Part shown: positions 9,711 to 18,609 of the stretch, piece by piece | Layout: every line of letters begins with the position of its first letter | Position numbering within the stretch: position 1 is the stretch's first letter | Origin: Erysipelotrichales bacterium | Lineage (GTDB): Bacteria > Bacillota_I > Bacilli_A > RFN20 > CAG-826 | DNA length: 64,000 bases | Direction: 5' to 3' | NCBI GenBank assembly: GCA_022508525.1 | Contig: JAFLVA010000007.1 | Coordinates: forward strand, 18,380-82,379 | Program-made: the position numbers and the translations under genes | The notes under the pieces: generated by a model | Database searches by the model: none | Told to the model about the DNA's origin: nothing | Seen by the model: only the letters and a program-made list of their open reading frames with translations

Positions 9711-9786
9711 GGACCCTTAGCTCAACGGTCAGAGCTGCCGGCTCATAACCGGTCGGTTATAGGTTCGAATCCTATAGGGTCCACCA
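9711..9786 (+). tRNA. tRNA with CAT anticodon, probably tRNA-Ile2 (lysidine)
   Basis: The GGACCCTTAGCTCA start is typical of Firmicutes tRNA-Ile(CAU). Anticodon loop CTCATAA, encoded CCA. Confidence 0.65.
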
Positions 9787-9796
9787 AATATACTTT

Positions 9797-9887
9797 GGAA
9801 GCTTACCCAAGTGGTTGAAGGGGTCGGTCTTGAAAACCGATAGGGGATGCAAGTCCCGCAAGAGTTCGAATCTCTTAGCTTCCGCCA
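9797..9887 (+). tRNA. tRNA-Ser (TGA)
   Basis: 91 nt with a long variable arm, anticodon loop TTGAAAA, acceptor GGAAGCT/AGCTTCC, encoded CCA. Confidence 0.9.
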
Positions 9888-9909
9888 TCATTTAAATAAA
9901 TTATTACAT

Positions 9910-9986
<77 letters not shown>

Positions 9987-9988
9987 AT

Positions 9989-10064
9989 GGAACTGTGGTG
10001 TAGCGGTTAACATGTCTCCCTGTCACGGAGAAGACCGCGGGTTCGATTCCCGTCAGTTCCGCCA
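9989..10064 (+). tRNA. tRNA-Asp (GTC)
   Basis: Acceptor GGAACTG/CAGTTCC, anticodon loop CTGTCAC, encoded CCA. Confidence 0.9.
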
Positions 10065-10067
10065 TTT

Positions 10068-10143
10068 GGCTCGATAGCTCAGTAGGTAGAGCAAGGGACT
10101 GAAAATCCCTGTGTCCCCAGTTCGATTCTGGGTTGAGCCACCA
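10068..10143 (+). tRNA. tRNA-Phe (GAA)
   Basis: Acceptor GGCTCGA/TTGAGCC, anticodon loop CTGAAAA, encoded CCA. Confidence 0.9.
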
Positions 10144-10154
10144 TCTGTTAATTG

Positions 10155-10184
10155 ACGAACAATATTGTGTTGTTCGTTTTTTTG
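10155..10184 (+). terminator. Intrinsic terminator after the 7-tRNA array
   Basis: Stem ACGAACA / TGTTCGT followed by T7. Confidence 0.8.
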
Positions 10185-10581
10185 TGCTTAATTTAATTAT
10201 TCTTTTGTTATTTTACTGCAATAATAAATGATAAAATAAATTTTAGTAAATTAAACGCAATGGGTTTGCATAAAATAGGAATAGGTCAAATAAGTTAATA
10301 TTTGGCTAATAAAGAGATTAAAGAAGGCTTCGCAAAACCAAGGTTCGAAATTATTTAGAATTTGTATGGCTAAGAAAAAATAAGTGGCAATTATTACCAA
10401 TATTTGTATGACTTTTGAAGCAATAAAATTCGAAAAAGACATAAAAAATCGGTTTTAACTATTAGAAAATATAAAAATTATTGCAAAAATTTACATTTTT
10501 TTAAAAAAAACTATAAATTTGTATTGTTATTTTTTGTTAAAGATGTAAAATTAAACTATAAAGGAAGGGGAATTTTTTGAT

Positions 10582-11655
10582 ATGAATTTAAAAATTAAAT
10601 CTAAATCCGCTATTTGCGTTTTAATTTCATTACTTTCATTAATGTTATTAATCGTATGTGGTATGGCTATGTTAGGAGGAGAATTCTTTACATACGTAGG
10701 AAAAGGCTTCCATTTTATCTACACTTTCTTAACAGTTAGACAACATGACTGGAAAACATGGGGTGTTATTGGCATAGCAATATTATCAATTTGTTCAGCT
10801 GTTTATTGGTTGTATGTTGCCTTCAAAAGTGAAAGTGTCGAATTATATGAGTTAGTTGCACCTGTCACATCCCTTTTAATGCCATTTATAGCTCTTTCAG
10901 CTTATCGTGGCGCTAGCTTAGGAATTTGGGATAGAGGCGATAAACCATTAGTCGTACTTGCTTTAATTGCTTTAGTTATTTATGTCATCTCTTCTCTTGG
11001 TGCATTGATTTATTCTTTCAGTGCAACTAGCAAGAAAAGAAAAGCTGCAAAGAAAGCAATAGTAGACATTGTTGAAGAACCTGCAGAAGAACAAGAACCT
11101 GTAGTTGTTGAAAAAGTTGTTGAAAAGGTTGTTTACGTTGAAAAAGAACCTGAAGAACCTGAAGAACCTGTCGAAGAAGTCGAAGAGGAAGTAGTTGTTG
11201 AAGTTGCTGGTGCTAAAAAGAAAGTTATTAGAAGACCATTCGCAGAAAAAATGGCTAAGGCAAGCACTGATATTAAAGATACTTACAATATCCTTAAAAA
11301 CGAATTATTAAGTTATGGTGTGAAATCTCGTATTTCTCACGGATCTGATACATTCCGTTTAAGAAAACAAGAATACGCTAAAATTACATTAGTTGGTAAA
11401 AACTTAAAACTATACGTTGCTACTAAACCACAAAAATATGATGGTACAACAATTCCTGTTCGTGATGAAGGAAGCAAAAAATGTTTTGCTGAAACTCCAA
11501 CAATGATTAAGGTTAAATCAACATTATCCGTTAAACGTGCAAAAATGATGATTGCAGATTTAATGGCAGAAAGAGGTTTAACACAAGGAGAAGTTGAAAA
11601 CGTCAATTATGCTAGACAACTAAAAGCTAAAAAAGCTCGCGTTGCTAAAAAATAA
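10582..11655 (+). CDS. Membrane protein: 4-TM module (paralog of the PotC N-extension), acidic E/P/V-rich linker and basic C-terminal domain
   Basis: aa 1-150 align without gaps to PotC aa ~12-160 at roughly 55-60 percent identity (hand alignment). The linker is EEPAEEQEPVVVEKVVEKVVYVEKEPEEPEEPVEEVEEE. The C-terminal ~145 aa is Lys/Arg-rich and of unknown function. RBS GGAAGGGG lies upstream. Confidence 0.7.
   Translation: MNLKIKSKSAICVLISLLSLMLLIVCGMAMLGGEFFTYVGKGFHFIYTFLTVRQHDWKTWGVIGIAILSICSAVYWLYVAFKSESVELYELVAPVTSLLMPFIALSAYRGASLGIWDRGDKPLVVLALIALVIYVISSLGALIYSFSATSKKRKAAKKAIVDIVEEPAEEQEPVVVEKVVEKVVYVEKEPEEPEEPVEEVEEEVVVEVAGAKKKVIRRPFAEKMAKASTDIKDTYNILKNELLSYGVKSRISHGSDTFRLRKQEYAKITLVGKNLKLYVATKPQKYDGTTIPVRDEGSKKCFAETPTMIKVKSTLSVKRAKMMIADLMAERGLTQGEVENVNYARQLKAKKARVAKK
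10669..10706 (+). repeat. 38-nt segment near-identical to 1501-1538
   Basis: See the partner repeat at 1501-1538. Same orientation, ~9.2 kb apart. Confidence 0.95.
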
Positions 11656-11676
11656 TTAGTACAATTCAATTAATTT

Positions 11677-11708
11677 AAAAAGGGTCACTTATGTGATCCT
11701 TTTTTTTA
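11677..11708 (+). terminator. Intrinsic terminator
   Basis: Stem AAAAGGGTCAC / GTGATCCTTTT followed by a T-run. Confidence 0.75.
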
Positions 11709-11711
11709 GTA

Positions 11712-11739
11712 TTAAAAAAGGTCATTTATATTATGACCT
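11712..11739 (-). terminator. Intrinsic terminator of typA
   Basis: Hairpin AGGTCAT/ATGACCT overlaps the typA stop codon and is followed on the minus strand by a U-run. Confidence 0.65.
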
Positions 11740-13564
11740 AATTATTTAAATCTTTTTGATGAGCGTCATACTTTTTACGATCAACAGTATTCAATATTTT
11801 CTTTCTTAAACGATAAGCAGATGGAGTTATTTCTACTAGTTCATCAGAGTTAATATAGTCAAGACATGCCTCTAAAGACATTTTTCGAGCGGCCTTTAAT
11901 ACAACAGTATGATCAGATCCAGCAGCGCGCATATTTGTGAGATTCTTACTTGTTGTAACATTGATTGCTAAGTCCATTTCGTATTTATTTTCACCAACAA
12001 TCATTCCCTCATAAACTTCTTCACCTGGTACGACAAACATTGTTCCACGATCCTCAAGTTTTTGTAAGGCATATGATGTGACTTGACCTGATTCAGTTGC
12101 GACAAGAACGCCGATAGGTCTTTCACCAACTTTTTTATTGTCGAGTGGTCGATATTCTAAAAAAGTATGATTGATGATTCCATATCCTTTAGTCAAAGTT
12201 AAGAAGTTTGTCATGAAACCAAGCAATCCACGCGATGGAATAACATATTGTAGTCTCGTATTTAAGTCATCTGTGTCCATGTTAATTAATTCTGCATCAC
12301 GTGTTCCCATTGATTCCATTATCGTACCTAAATAATCATTAGGAACATCAATTTGCACATCCTCATATGGTTCACATTGTACGCCATTGATTTCTTTAAT
12401 GATGACTTCAGGCTTACTTACTTGAAGTTCAAATCCTTCGCGTCGCATGTTTTCAATTAAAATTGATAGATGCAATTCTCCTCGACCTGAGACAATCCAA
12501 GTTTCGCTATTTGGAACGCGACTAAACTTAAGCGAAACATCACGCTGTATTTCTTTGAATAATCTTTCTTCAATTTTGCGTGCAGTCAATAGTTTTCCCT
12601 CTCGACCTGCAAAAGGAGATGTGTTCGTTCCAAAAGTCATTTGTAATGTAGGCTCATCAATTCTTAGTAGAGGTAAAGCGTCTTTACTACCTGGTGTTAC
12701 AACTGTTTCACCGACATTTAAATCAGGAAGACCAGCAATAGCGACAATATCACCAGCGTGTGCTTCATTAACTTCTAAACGTTTCAACCCTAGAAATCCA
12801 TATAATTTTTGAATACGGAAATTTATAGTTGTACCATCTAGTCTTAAGCAAGATACCATGTCGTTAACATGCACAGAACCTCTTTTAATACAACCAATAC
12901 CAATTCTTCCGACAAAGTCATTATAGTCAAGAAGAGCAGGTTGAAATTGGAAATTACCTTCTTCATCAATATTAGGTTCGGGTATTTCTTCGATAATCGT
13001 GTCAAATATTGGATCCATACCAGGTTTTTGATCTTCTGGATTTGGATAATAAGAAGATGTGCCTTTTAAAGCAGAGGCATAAACAACCTTGAAATCAAGC
13101 AACTCTTCACTTGCACCTAATTCGATAAATAATTCTAATACTTCGTCAATTACTCTTTGTGGATCAGCATTTTGTCGATCTACTTTATTGACTACTACAA
13201 CTGGTTTAACGCCAGCTTCTAAAGCTTTCTTAAGAACAAAACGTGTTTGAGGCATTGTACCTTCAAAGGCATCTACAAGAAGAAGACATCCATCAACCAT
13301 GTGCATTATACGTTCGACCTCTCCACCAAAATCTGCATGGCCTGGAGTGTCTAAAATATTAATGCGATAATCTTTATAATTGATAGCAGTAGTTTTAGCT
13401 AAAATTGTAATTCCACGTTCTCTTTCAATATCATTACTATCCATGGCACGTTCTGCAATTTCTTCATTGTCTCTAAAAGTACCTGAGCAACGAAGTAATT
13501 GGTCAACAAGTGTAGTTTTTCCATGGTCAACATGGGCAATAATTGCTATATTTCGTATATTCAT
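11738..13564 (-). CDS. typA: Translational GTPase TypA/BipA
   Basis: 608 aa. G-domain motifs [14 protein letters not shown] and NKVD are present, with EF-G-like domain order and a BipA-type C-terminus. Confidence 0.92.
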   Translation of the reverse strand: MNIRNIAIIAHVDHGKTTLVDQLLRCSGTFRDNEEIAERAMDSNDIERERGITILAKTTAINYKDYRINILDTPGHADFGGEVERIMHMVDGCLLLVDAFEGTMPQTRFVLKKALEAGVKPVVVVNKVDRQNADPQRVIDEVLELFIELGASEELLDFKVVYASALKGTSSYYPNPEDQKPGMDPIFDTIIEEIPEPNIDEEGNFQFQPALLDYNDFVGRIGIGCIKRGSVHVNDMVSCLRLDGTTINFRIQKLYGFLGLKRLEVNEAHAGDIVAIAGLPDLNVGETVVTPGSKDALPLLRIDEPTLQMTFGTNTSPFAGREGKLLTARKIEERLFKEIQRDVSLKFSRVPNSETWIVSGRGELHLSILIENMRREGFELQVSKPEVIIKEINGVQCEPYEDVQIDVPNDYLGTIMESMGTRDAELINMDTDDLNTRLQYVIPSRGLLGFMTNFLTLTKGYGIINHTFLEYRPLDNKKVGERPIGVLVATESGQVTSYALQKLEDRGTMFVVPGEEVYEGMIVGENKYEMDLAINVTTSKNLTNMRAAGSDHTVVLKAARKMSLEACLDYINSDELVEITPSAYRLRKKILNTVDRKKYDAHQKDLNN

Positions 13565-13692
13565 AGTTAAACACTTCCCTAAATTTGCCTTATTATTATA
13601 ATAATATCTACTTGTCCATACAAGAAAAAAATTGATATTTAAAAATAATAGGTTAAAATTACTATGTAATTTCTTAAAAAGGAGTATGAAAT

Positions 13693-14337
13693 ATGTTTAA
13701 AGCAGTTATCTTTGATTTAGATGGTGTTCTTATTGATACTGAAAAGTTAAATGTCAAATATAAATACTCCAAGGCAAGAGAATTAGGCTATAAAGTAACA
13801 AAAAATGATATAAGAAAATCTTTAGGTTTAGGAAAAAAAGAGGCTATTGAATATTATATAAATTTAGTTGGTGATGACACACTTTTTCCAATTCTAAGCA
13901 AATATCGAAGAGCGAAAACTAAAGAGTACATCTTAAAATATGGATTGCCTTTAAAAGAACACGTAATAGAGACACTTAATTATTTGAAATCTAAGGGTAT
14001 TAAAATTGCTTTAGCAACATCAAGTTCTTATGATTTACTAGATTTCTATTTTGTTAAAGCAGATATTAAGCATTATTTTGATGTCATCGTTTCTAATGAT
14101 GATGTAAGTGCAGGAAAACCTAATCCTGAAATATTTCTAAAAGCCGCCGAAAGACTTGAATTGTCTGTGGATGATATTTTAGTGGTAGAAGATTCCTATA
14201 ACGGCTTAAAAGCCGCAAAACGAGCAAAATTAAAGACTTTATTCATACAAGATCAATGGATTATGACACGCAAAGATGAAATTTATGCTGATTATAAATT
14301 TAAAAGCTTAAAGTATATTGATACTTTATTTGATTAG
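13693..14337 (+). CDS. HAD-superfamily phosphatase (beta-phosphoglucomutase family)
   Basis: Motif I FDLDGVLIDTE, motif II ATSS, motif IV VVEDSYNGLKAAKRA. Confidence 0.75.
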   Translation: MFKAVIFDLDGVLIDTEKLNVKYKYSKARELGYKVTKNDIRKSLGLGKKEAIEYYINLVGDDTLFPILSKYRRAKTKEYILKYGLPLKEHVIETLNYLKSKGIKIALATSSSYDLLDFYFVKADIKHYFDVIVSNDDVSAGKPNPEIFLKAAERLELSVDDILVVEDSYNGLKAAKRAKLKTLFIQDQWIMTRKDEIYADYKFKSLKYIDTLFD

Positions 14338-14349
14338 GTGGTGAGATTT

Positions 14350-15642
14350 ATGAAAAGAATTGGTATTGTCTCTTTAGGATGTGCGAAAAACTTAGTCGAC
14401 TCAGAAATGATTTTAGGGATGCTTAAAGATGGTGGCTATGAAATAGTTAATAATCCAAGTGACGCTGATGCAATAATTGTTAATACATGCGGTTTTATAT
14501 TGGACGCTAAACAAGAATCAATTGACACTATTTTAGAAATGGCAAAATATAAGAAGAAATTAATTGTAGTTGGATGTTTGGCGCAACGTTATGAAGAAGA
14601 TTTGAAAAAAGAATTACCGGAAGTTGATTTATTTGTTTCTATACGTGACTATCCTCATATTGCTGAAAGAATTAATGCCTTATTTAATGATAATTCATTA
14701 CAAAAAGGACTTTGCCCAACAAGTAGAGTTCTTGCAACACCTAAGTTTACTGCCTATTTAAAAATATCTGAGGGTTGTAATAATTGTTGTACATATTGTG
14801 CAATACCTCTAATTAGAGGATCGTTTAGATCACGTCCTTTAGATGAACTTATTGAAGAGGCCAAAATGCTTGCATCACGAGGTGTTAAAGAATTGGTGGT
14901 AATTTCTCAAGATACCACAAGATATGGCACGGACATTGATGATAAGACGACAATCGTTACTCTCCTTAATGAACTTTTAAAGATAAAAGAGTTTGATTAT
15001 ATTCGTATGCTTTATTTATATCCAAATGAAATAACAGATGAATTATTAGCGCTTATTGGTAAGGAAAAACGTTTGACACCTTATTTTGATATGCCAATTC
15101 AACATGCTTCCAGTCGTATTCTTAAGGCGATGAATCGAAGAGGAGATAAAGAGTTTTTAAAGGTTTTGTTTGAAAGAACACGCAAATTCATTCCTAATGC
15201 AGTATTAAGAACGACCATTATTGTGGGATTCCCAGGCGAAACAGAAGAAGACTTTAATGAATTATTAGAATTTATTCAAGAAGTACAGTTTGATCATTTA
15301 GGAGCATTTACTTATTCTAGAGAAGAAGACACTATTGCATATAGCATGGATAATCAGATTGAAGATAGTATAAAAAATGATCGTTTAAATAGATTGATGA
15401 AAGTACAAAGAAAAATTTCTTATGACTTAAATAAAAAACGCATTGGCGAAATTATGGAAGGATTAATTGTGGCAAAAAAAGGTAGTGATAATTACGAATT
15501 CCGTTCTGGATGGAATGCACCAGATGACGTCGATGGAAAAATATTAGTAACAAGCAGAAAACCTTTAGATTTAGGTGATAAAGTGAAGGTTAAAATTACT
15601 GATGCATTTGCCTATGATTTATATGGTGAAGTATTAAATTAG
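14350..15642 (+). CDS. rimO: Ribosomal protein S12 methylthiotransferase
   Basis: N-terminal IGIVSLGCAKNLVDSE (RimO-type UPF0004 domain), radical-SAM CNNCCTYC, and a C-terminal TRAM-like segment. The ATG at 14350 is preferred over the GTG at 14338. Confidence 0.85.
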   Translation: MKRIGIVSLGCAKNLVDSEMILGMLKDGGYEIVNNPSDADAIIVNTCGFILDAKQESIDTILEMAKYKKKLIVVGCLAQRYEEDLKKELPEVDLFVSIRDYPHIAERINALFNDNSLQKGLCPTSRVLATPKFTAYLKISEGCNNCCTYCAIPLIRGSFRSRPLDELIEEAKMLASRGVKELVVISQDTTRYGTDIDDKTTIVTLLNELLKIKEFDYIRMLYLYPNEITDELLALIGKEKRLTPYFDMPIQHASSRILKAMNRRGDKEFLKVLFERTRKFIPNAVLRTTIIVGFPGETEEDFNELLEFIQEVQFDHLGAFTYSREEDTIAYSMDNQIEDSIKNDRLNRLMKVQRKISYDLNKKRIGEIMEGLIVAKKGSDNYEFRSGWNAPDDVDGKILVTSRKPLDLGDKVKVKITDAFAYDLYGEVLN

Positions 15643-15687
15643 AGAAGTTTTTGAAAATGCGCATATATTAATATTGGTGATTAATAA

Positions 15688-16239
15688 GTGCGCTTTTCTT
15701 CTGATAAAAAAAGACAAAAAGATGCCAAAAAAGCATTTAAGAATATCTACAAGAAATTGGGTAATATAGAATCAGAAATTGCGTCTGAATATTTATCTTG
15801 GCTTGATAAAAAAACGAGTTATTTTAAAGATTCGGTAAATAAAACTGGCTATAATACTCAGCCTGATAATTTGGGTCGCGGGGATATTGTATGGGTGGAA
15901 TTTGGTATCAATGTTGGAACAGAGTTATCAGATTATAACACTCGTGGACACTACGCACTTGTTTGGGCAGTAGATTTAGGAAATATTGTTGTTATTCCTT
16001 TGTCAAGTAGAGATGCAATTGGAAGTAACTTGACATTTGATATTGGAATAATTCCCGAATTAAATGATGAAGATAAAGAACAACATTCTTATCTTAAATT
16101 AGACGCCATAAGATCAATATCAAAAAGAAGAATTGCTAGAATGACGGGAAGAGAAAACGGAAAGATATCGCTTAGTAAAGAAAATATAAAGCTAGTAGAA
16201 AAGGCTATAAAAGTTGCTTTTTTAAGTCCTGAAGAATAA
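15688..16239 (+). CDS. PemK/MazF-fold protein with ~60-aa N-terminal extension
   Basis: The core RGDIVWVEFGINVGTELSDYNTRGHYALVW...VVIPLSS...LKLDAIRSISKRRI matches the MazF/PemK pattern (RGDI-x-V-x-F-x4-G-x-E...RP-x-LV...P-x-TS...Q-x-R-x-I-x4-R). There is no in-frame ATG near the start. GTG at 15688 follows GGTGA. Confidence 0.65.
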   Translation: MRFSSDKKRQKDAKKAFKNIYKKLGNIESEIASEYLSWLDKKTSYFKDSVNKTGYNTQPDNLGRGDIVWVEFGINVGTELSDYNTRGHYALVWAVDLGNIVVIPLSSRDAIGSNLTFDIGIIPELNDEDKEQHSYLKLDAIRSISKRRIARMTGRENGKISLSKENIKLVEKAIKVAFLSPEE

Positions 16240-16250
16240 TTGTTTTAGAT

Positions 16251-16279
16251 AGTCTACGTTAATTTGCGTAGGCTTTTTA
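16251..16279 (+). terminator. Intrinsic terminator
   Basis: Stem AGTCTACG / CGTAGGCT followed by T5. Confidence 0.65.
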
Positions 16280-16297
16280 AGTTATGCTTAAATAATG

Positions 16298-16326
16298 TTG
16301 ACAAATAGGCGCTAAAACTCTATATT
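16298..16326 (+). promoter_or_regulatory. Sigma-A type promoter for tRNA-Thr
   Basis: TTGACA (16298-16303), 17-nt spacer, TATATT (16321-16326). The tRNA starts 13 nt downstream. Confidence 0.6.
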
Positions 16327-16338
16327 ATTAGCAGTAGT

Positions 16339-16412
16339 GCCTCCTTAGTTAAGTGGTATAACAGATCCATGGTAAGGATCCATTGCTAGTTCGATTCTGG
16401 CAGGAGGCACCA
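16339..16412 (+). tRNA. tRNA-Thr (GGT)
   Basis: Acceptor GCCTCCT/AGGAGGC, anticodon stem GATCC/GGATC, loop ATGGTAA, T-loop TTCGATT, encoded CCA. Confidence 0.88.
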
Positions 16413-16430
16413 TTAAATTTGTAATAGAAA

Positions 16431-16458
16431 AAGTGGAGATTATAACCCACTTTTTTTA
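16431..16458 (+). terminator. Intrinsic terminator after tRNA-Thr
   Basis: Stem AAGTGG / CCACTT followed by T7. Confidence 0.7.
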
Positions 16459-16601
16459 ATACTTAGTTAGTACTATCTATTATTCTATTTTTATTTAGAT
16501 ATGGAATTGCAATCATCAATATTCTTATAATATTTTTAATGATTGTAAATTTAATCATAAATTCTTGTTTATGAAAAATACAAATAAAGGAGAGATCATT
16601 T

Positions 16602-18293
16602 ATGAAAGAAAAAAAGCCTTATTTTATTCACACTAAAGTATATTACTTTATTACAGAACTATTTGTAGGTATTGCTTTAATGGGAGTAGAGATGTCTGCA
16701 TCAAGATTAATATCTACCTACTTTTCTTCAAGCCAAGTAGTTTGGACATTAATTATTGGTGTAATTATGATTGCTATGGCGATTGGAAACTATTGGGGAG
16801 GAAGACAGGCGGATAAGAAGCCTTCCTATACAAGACTATATTTAGAATTGTTATTTGCGGGTGCCTACATTGCCTTAATTCCATTTTTCGGTCGTTTTGT
16901 CATTGCCGGGGTTTCAGCATTATTTGCACTTATTGTTACAAGTAATTTGGTCATTTGGGCGAGCTTAGTGTCTTGCTTAATATTATTTGTACCACCATTA
17001 TTGTTTTTAGGAAAAGTTACACCATCACTTGTTAAATACTCAATGGGAGAAAAGGTCTCTGGTAAAGTTATTGGGAGTTTGGAAGCTTTAAACACAATTG
17101 GCTCAATAGTTGGAACATTTTTACCAACTTTTCTAACTATTCCTTTTATTGGAACAAGTAATTCGTTTGTGTTATTTGGTTCAATGATAAGTGCTTTAGG
17201 TTTGATATATATAATAACTGAATTAATTGAAAAAAATAGTAAAAGAAAAATATCTAACGATGAAAATTTAGAAGAAAACGTCAAAATAAAAAAGTATGAA
17301 TTTAAAGTCACAATTTTATCCGCTGTTTATAGTGCTTTACTAATTATTGGTATTGTTTTATCGTCTAATGCATCATTTATTTTTTGGAATGACGAAACAT
17401 TAATAAAAGAAGATGAATCCATTTATAATTATTTAAAAGTCGATAAAATTGGAAATCAATATTCGTTTTCTACAAATGTATTATTTGGAATTCAATCTGC
17501 AATCAATGAGGATGATTCTTTGACAGATATGTATTATGACTATTTGCTAGTAAGCCCATTTTTGGTGAAAGAAAATCCAAATATTTTAATTCTAGGAAAT
17601 GGAACAGGAACTTACGCTACGTTGATGAAAAATTATCTTCAAGTAGAATGTGAAATAACTGCGGTAGAAATCGATCAAAAAATCATAGATCTCTCATATG
17701 AATATTTCCATATGAGTGATGATATCAATGTAGTTTGTGATGATGGTAGAAACTATCTCACGAGATCCAAAGATAAATATGACATTGTTTTAGTAGATGC
17801 GTATTCTTCAATTTCGGCGCCATTTCAAATGACAACTGTAGAATTCTTTACTCTTGTTAAAAATCATCTCAACGATGATGGAATAATGATGATGAATATT
17901 AATATGGTATCCGAGGCCAAAGATTCAATTAATGTAGCTTTATGTGATACAGCCTATTCTGTTTTTGATAATCTATATACATTTAAAGTTCCAAACGGCA
18001 GTGGGATGGAAGTCTTTTCTTCAAAAAATAACGATGTTAATTTATTAGAACGAATACAAAATATAGATGCATCTGATTACGAATATGCCTTAGAATTAAA
18101 GTTCAATCAAATGAAACGTGGTCTTAAAGAATACAAAGATACAGGAATACGTTTATATGATGATACTTGTGATGTTGAGATTAGAAGTATTAGAGCATTA
18201 GATAATATCATTAATGCTGAACTAGAATATTATCGTAGAATCTTTAAAGAAAAAGGCATTCGAGGTTTAATGGAAGAGTTATTTAGAAGTTAA
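16602..18293 (+). CDS. Membrane-fused spermidine-synthase-like protein (multi-TM N-domain plus class I methyltransferase-fold C-domain)
   Basis: The N-terminal ~260 aa has about 7 hydrophobic helices. The C-terminal domain carries ILILGNGTGTYA, VEIDQKIIDLSYEYF and DIVLVDAYSS, resembling the spermidine synthase fold. Confidence 0.65.
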   Translation: MKEKKPYFIHTKVYYFITELFVGIALMGVEMSASRLISTYFSSSQVVWTLIIGVIMIAMAIGNYWGGRQADKKPSYTRLYLELLFAGAYIALIPFFGRFVIAGVSALFALIVTSNLVIWASLVSCLILFVPPLLFLGKVTPSLVKYSMGEKVSGKVIGSLEALNTIGSIVGTFLPTFLTIPFIGTSNSFVLFGSMISALGLIYIITELIEKNSKRKISNDENLEENVKIKKYEFKVTILSAVYSALLIIGIVLSSNASFIFWNDETLIKEDESIYNYLKVDKIGNQYSFSTNVLFGIQSAINEDDSLTDMYYDYLLVSPFLVKENPNILILGNGTGTYATLMKNYLQVECEITAVEIDQKIIDLSYEYFHMSDDINVVCDDGRNYLTRSKDKYDIVLVDAYSSISAPFQMTTVEFFTLVKNHLNDDGIMMMNINMVSEAKDSINVALCDTAYSVFDNLYTFKVPNGSGMEVFSSKNNDVNLLERIQNIDASDYEYALELKFNQMKRGLKEYKDTGIRLYDDTCDVEIRSIRALDNIINAELEYYRRIFKEKGIRGLMEELFRS

Positions 18294-18310
18294 TAAAATT
18301 ATAGCAATAA

Positions 18311-18345
18311 GCACCTACTAAACTAGTTTTATAGGTGCTTTTTTT
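18311..18345 (+). terminator. Intrinsic terminator
   Basis: Stem GCACCTA / TAGGTGC followed by T7. Confidence 0.8.
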
Positions 18346-18346
18346 G

Positions 18347-18375
18347 TTGACAGAATGGAATGAAAAAAATAAAAT
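18347..18375 (+). promoter_or_regulatory. Sigma-A type promoter of the AbrB-like/ABC operon
   Basis: TTGACA (18347-18352), 17-nt spacer, TAAAAT (18370-18375). Confidence 0.6.
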
Positions 18376-18404
18376 AGGTATGACAAGTAAGAAAGGTATG
18401 ACAA
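18376..18404 (+). repeat. Direct 11-nt repeat AGGTATGACAA x2 between the -10 box and the start codon
   Basis: Copies lie at 18376-18386 and 18394-18404, 18 nt apart. Confidence 0.9.
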
Positions 18405-18405
18405 T

Positions 18406-18609
18406 ATGAAAAATGTATTAGAAGATCGTTTTATTGTTAGTGTTAAAGTCGGAGCTAAGGGACAAATAATTGTTCCAGTTGAGGCTAGAAAGATGTTTGA
18501 CATTCATCCGGGAGATACATTAATGATATTAGGTGACAAAAATCGTGGTCTTGCAATTGTTAAGGATACAGAATTTTATAAGTTGATGGATGCATCATAT
18601 GGAAAATAG
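18406..18609 (+). CDS. AbrB/MazE/SpoVT-family DNA-binding protein
   Basis: 67 aa. VKVGAKGQIIVPVEARKMFDIHPGDTLMILGD is a swapped-hairpin barrel signature. Confidence 0.75.
   Translation: MKNVLEDRFIVSVKVGAKGQIIVPVEARKMFDIHPGDTLMILGDKNRGLAIVKDTEFYKLMDASYGK

Noticed and set aside
10251-10442. 63-aa hydrophobic minus-strand ORF in the 438-nt gap after the tRNA array (possible small membrane protein).
   Set aside because: There is no Shine-Dalgarno sequence upstream of its ATG, and no motif or conservation evidence is available. It is kept only as a low-probability candidate.
12447-12812. 121-aa ORF on the + strand inside typA. Similar antisense ORFs lie at 12869-13069 and 13380-13601.
   Set aside because: These ORFs lie entirely antisense to a highly conserved GTPase gene. 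They have no RBS and their composition is typical of shadow ORFs.
16865-17311. 148-aa antisense ORF within the spermidine-synthase-like gene.
   Set aside because: It is a shadow ORF opposite a hydrophobic coding region, with no RBS or recognisable motif.
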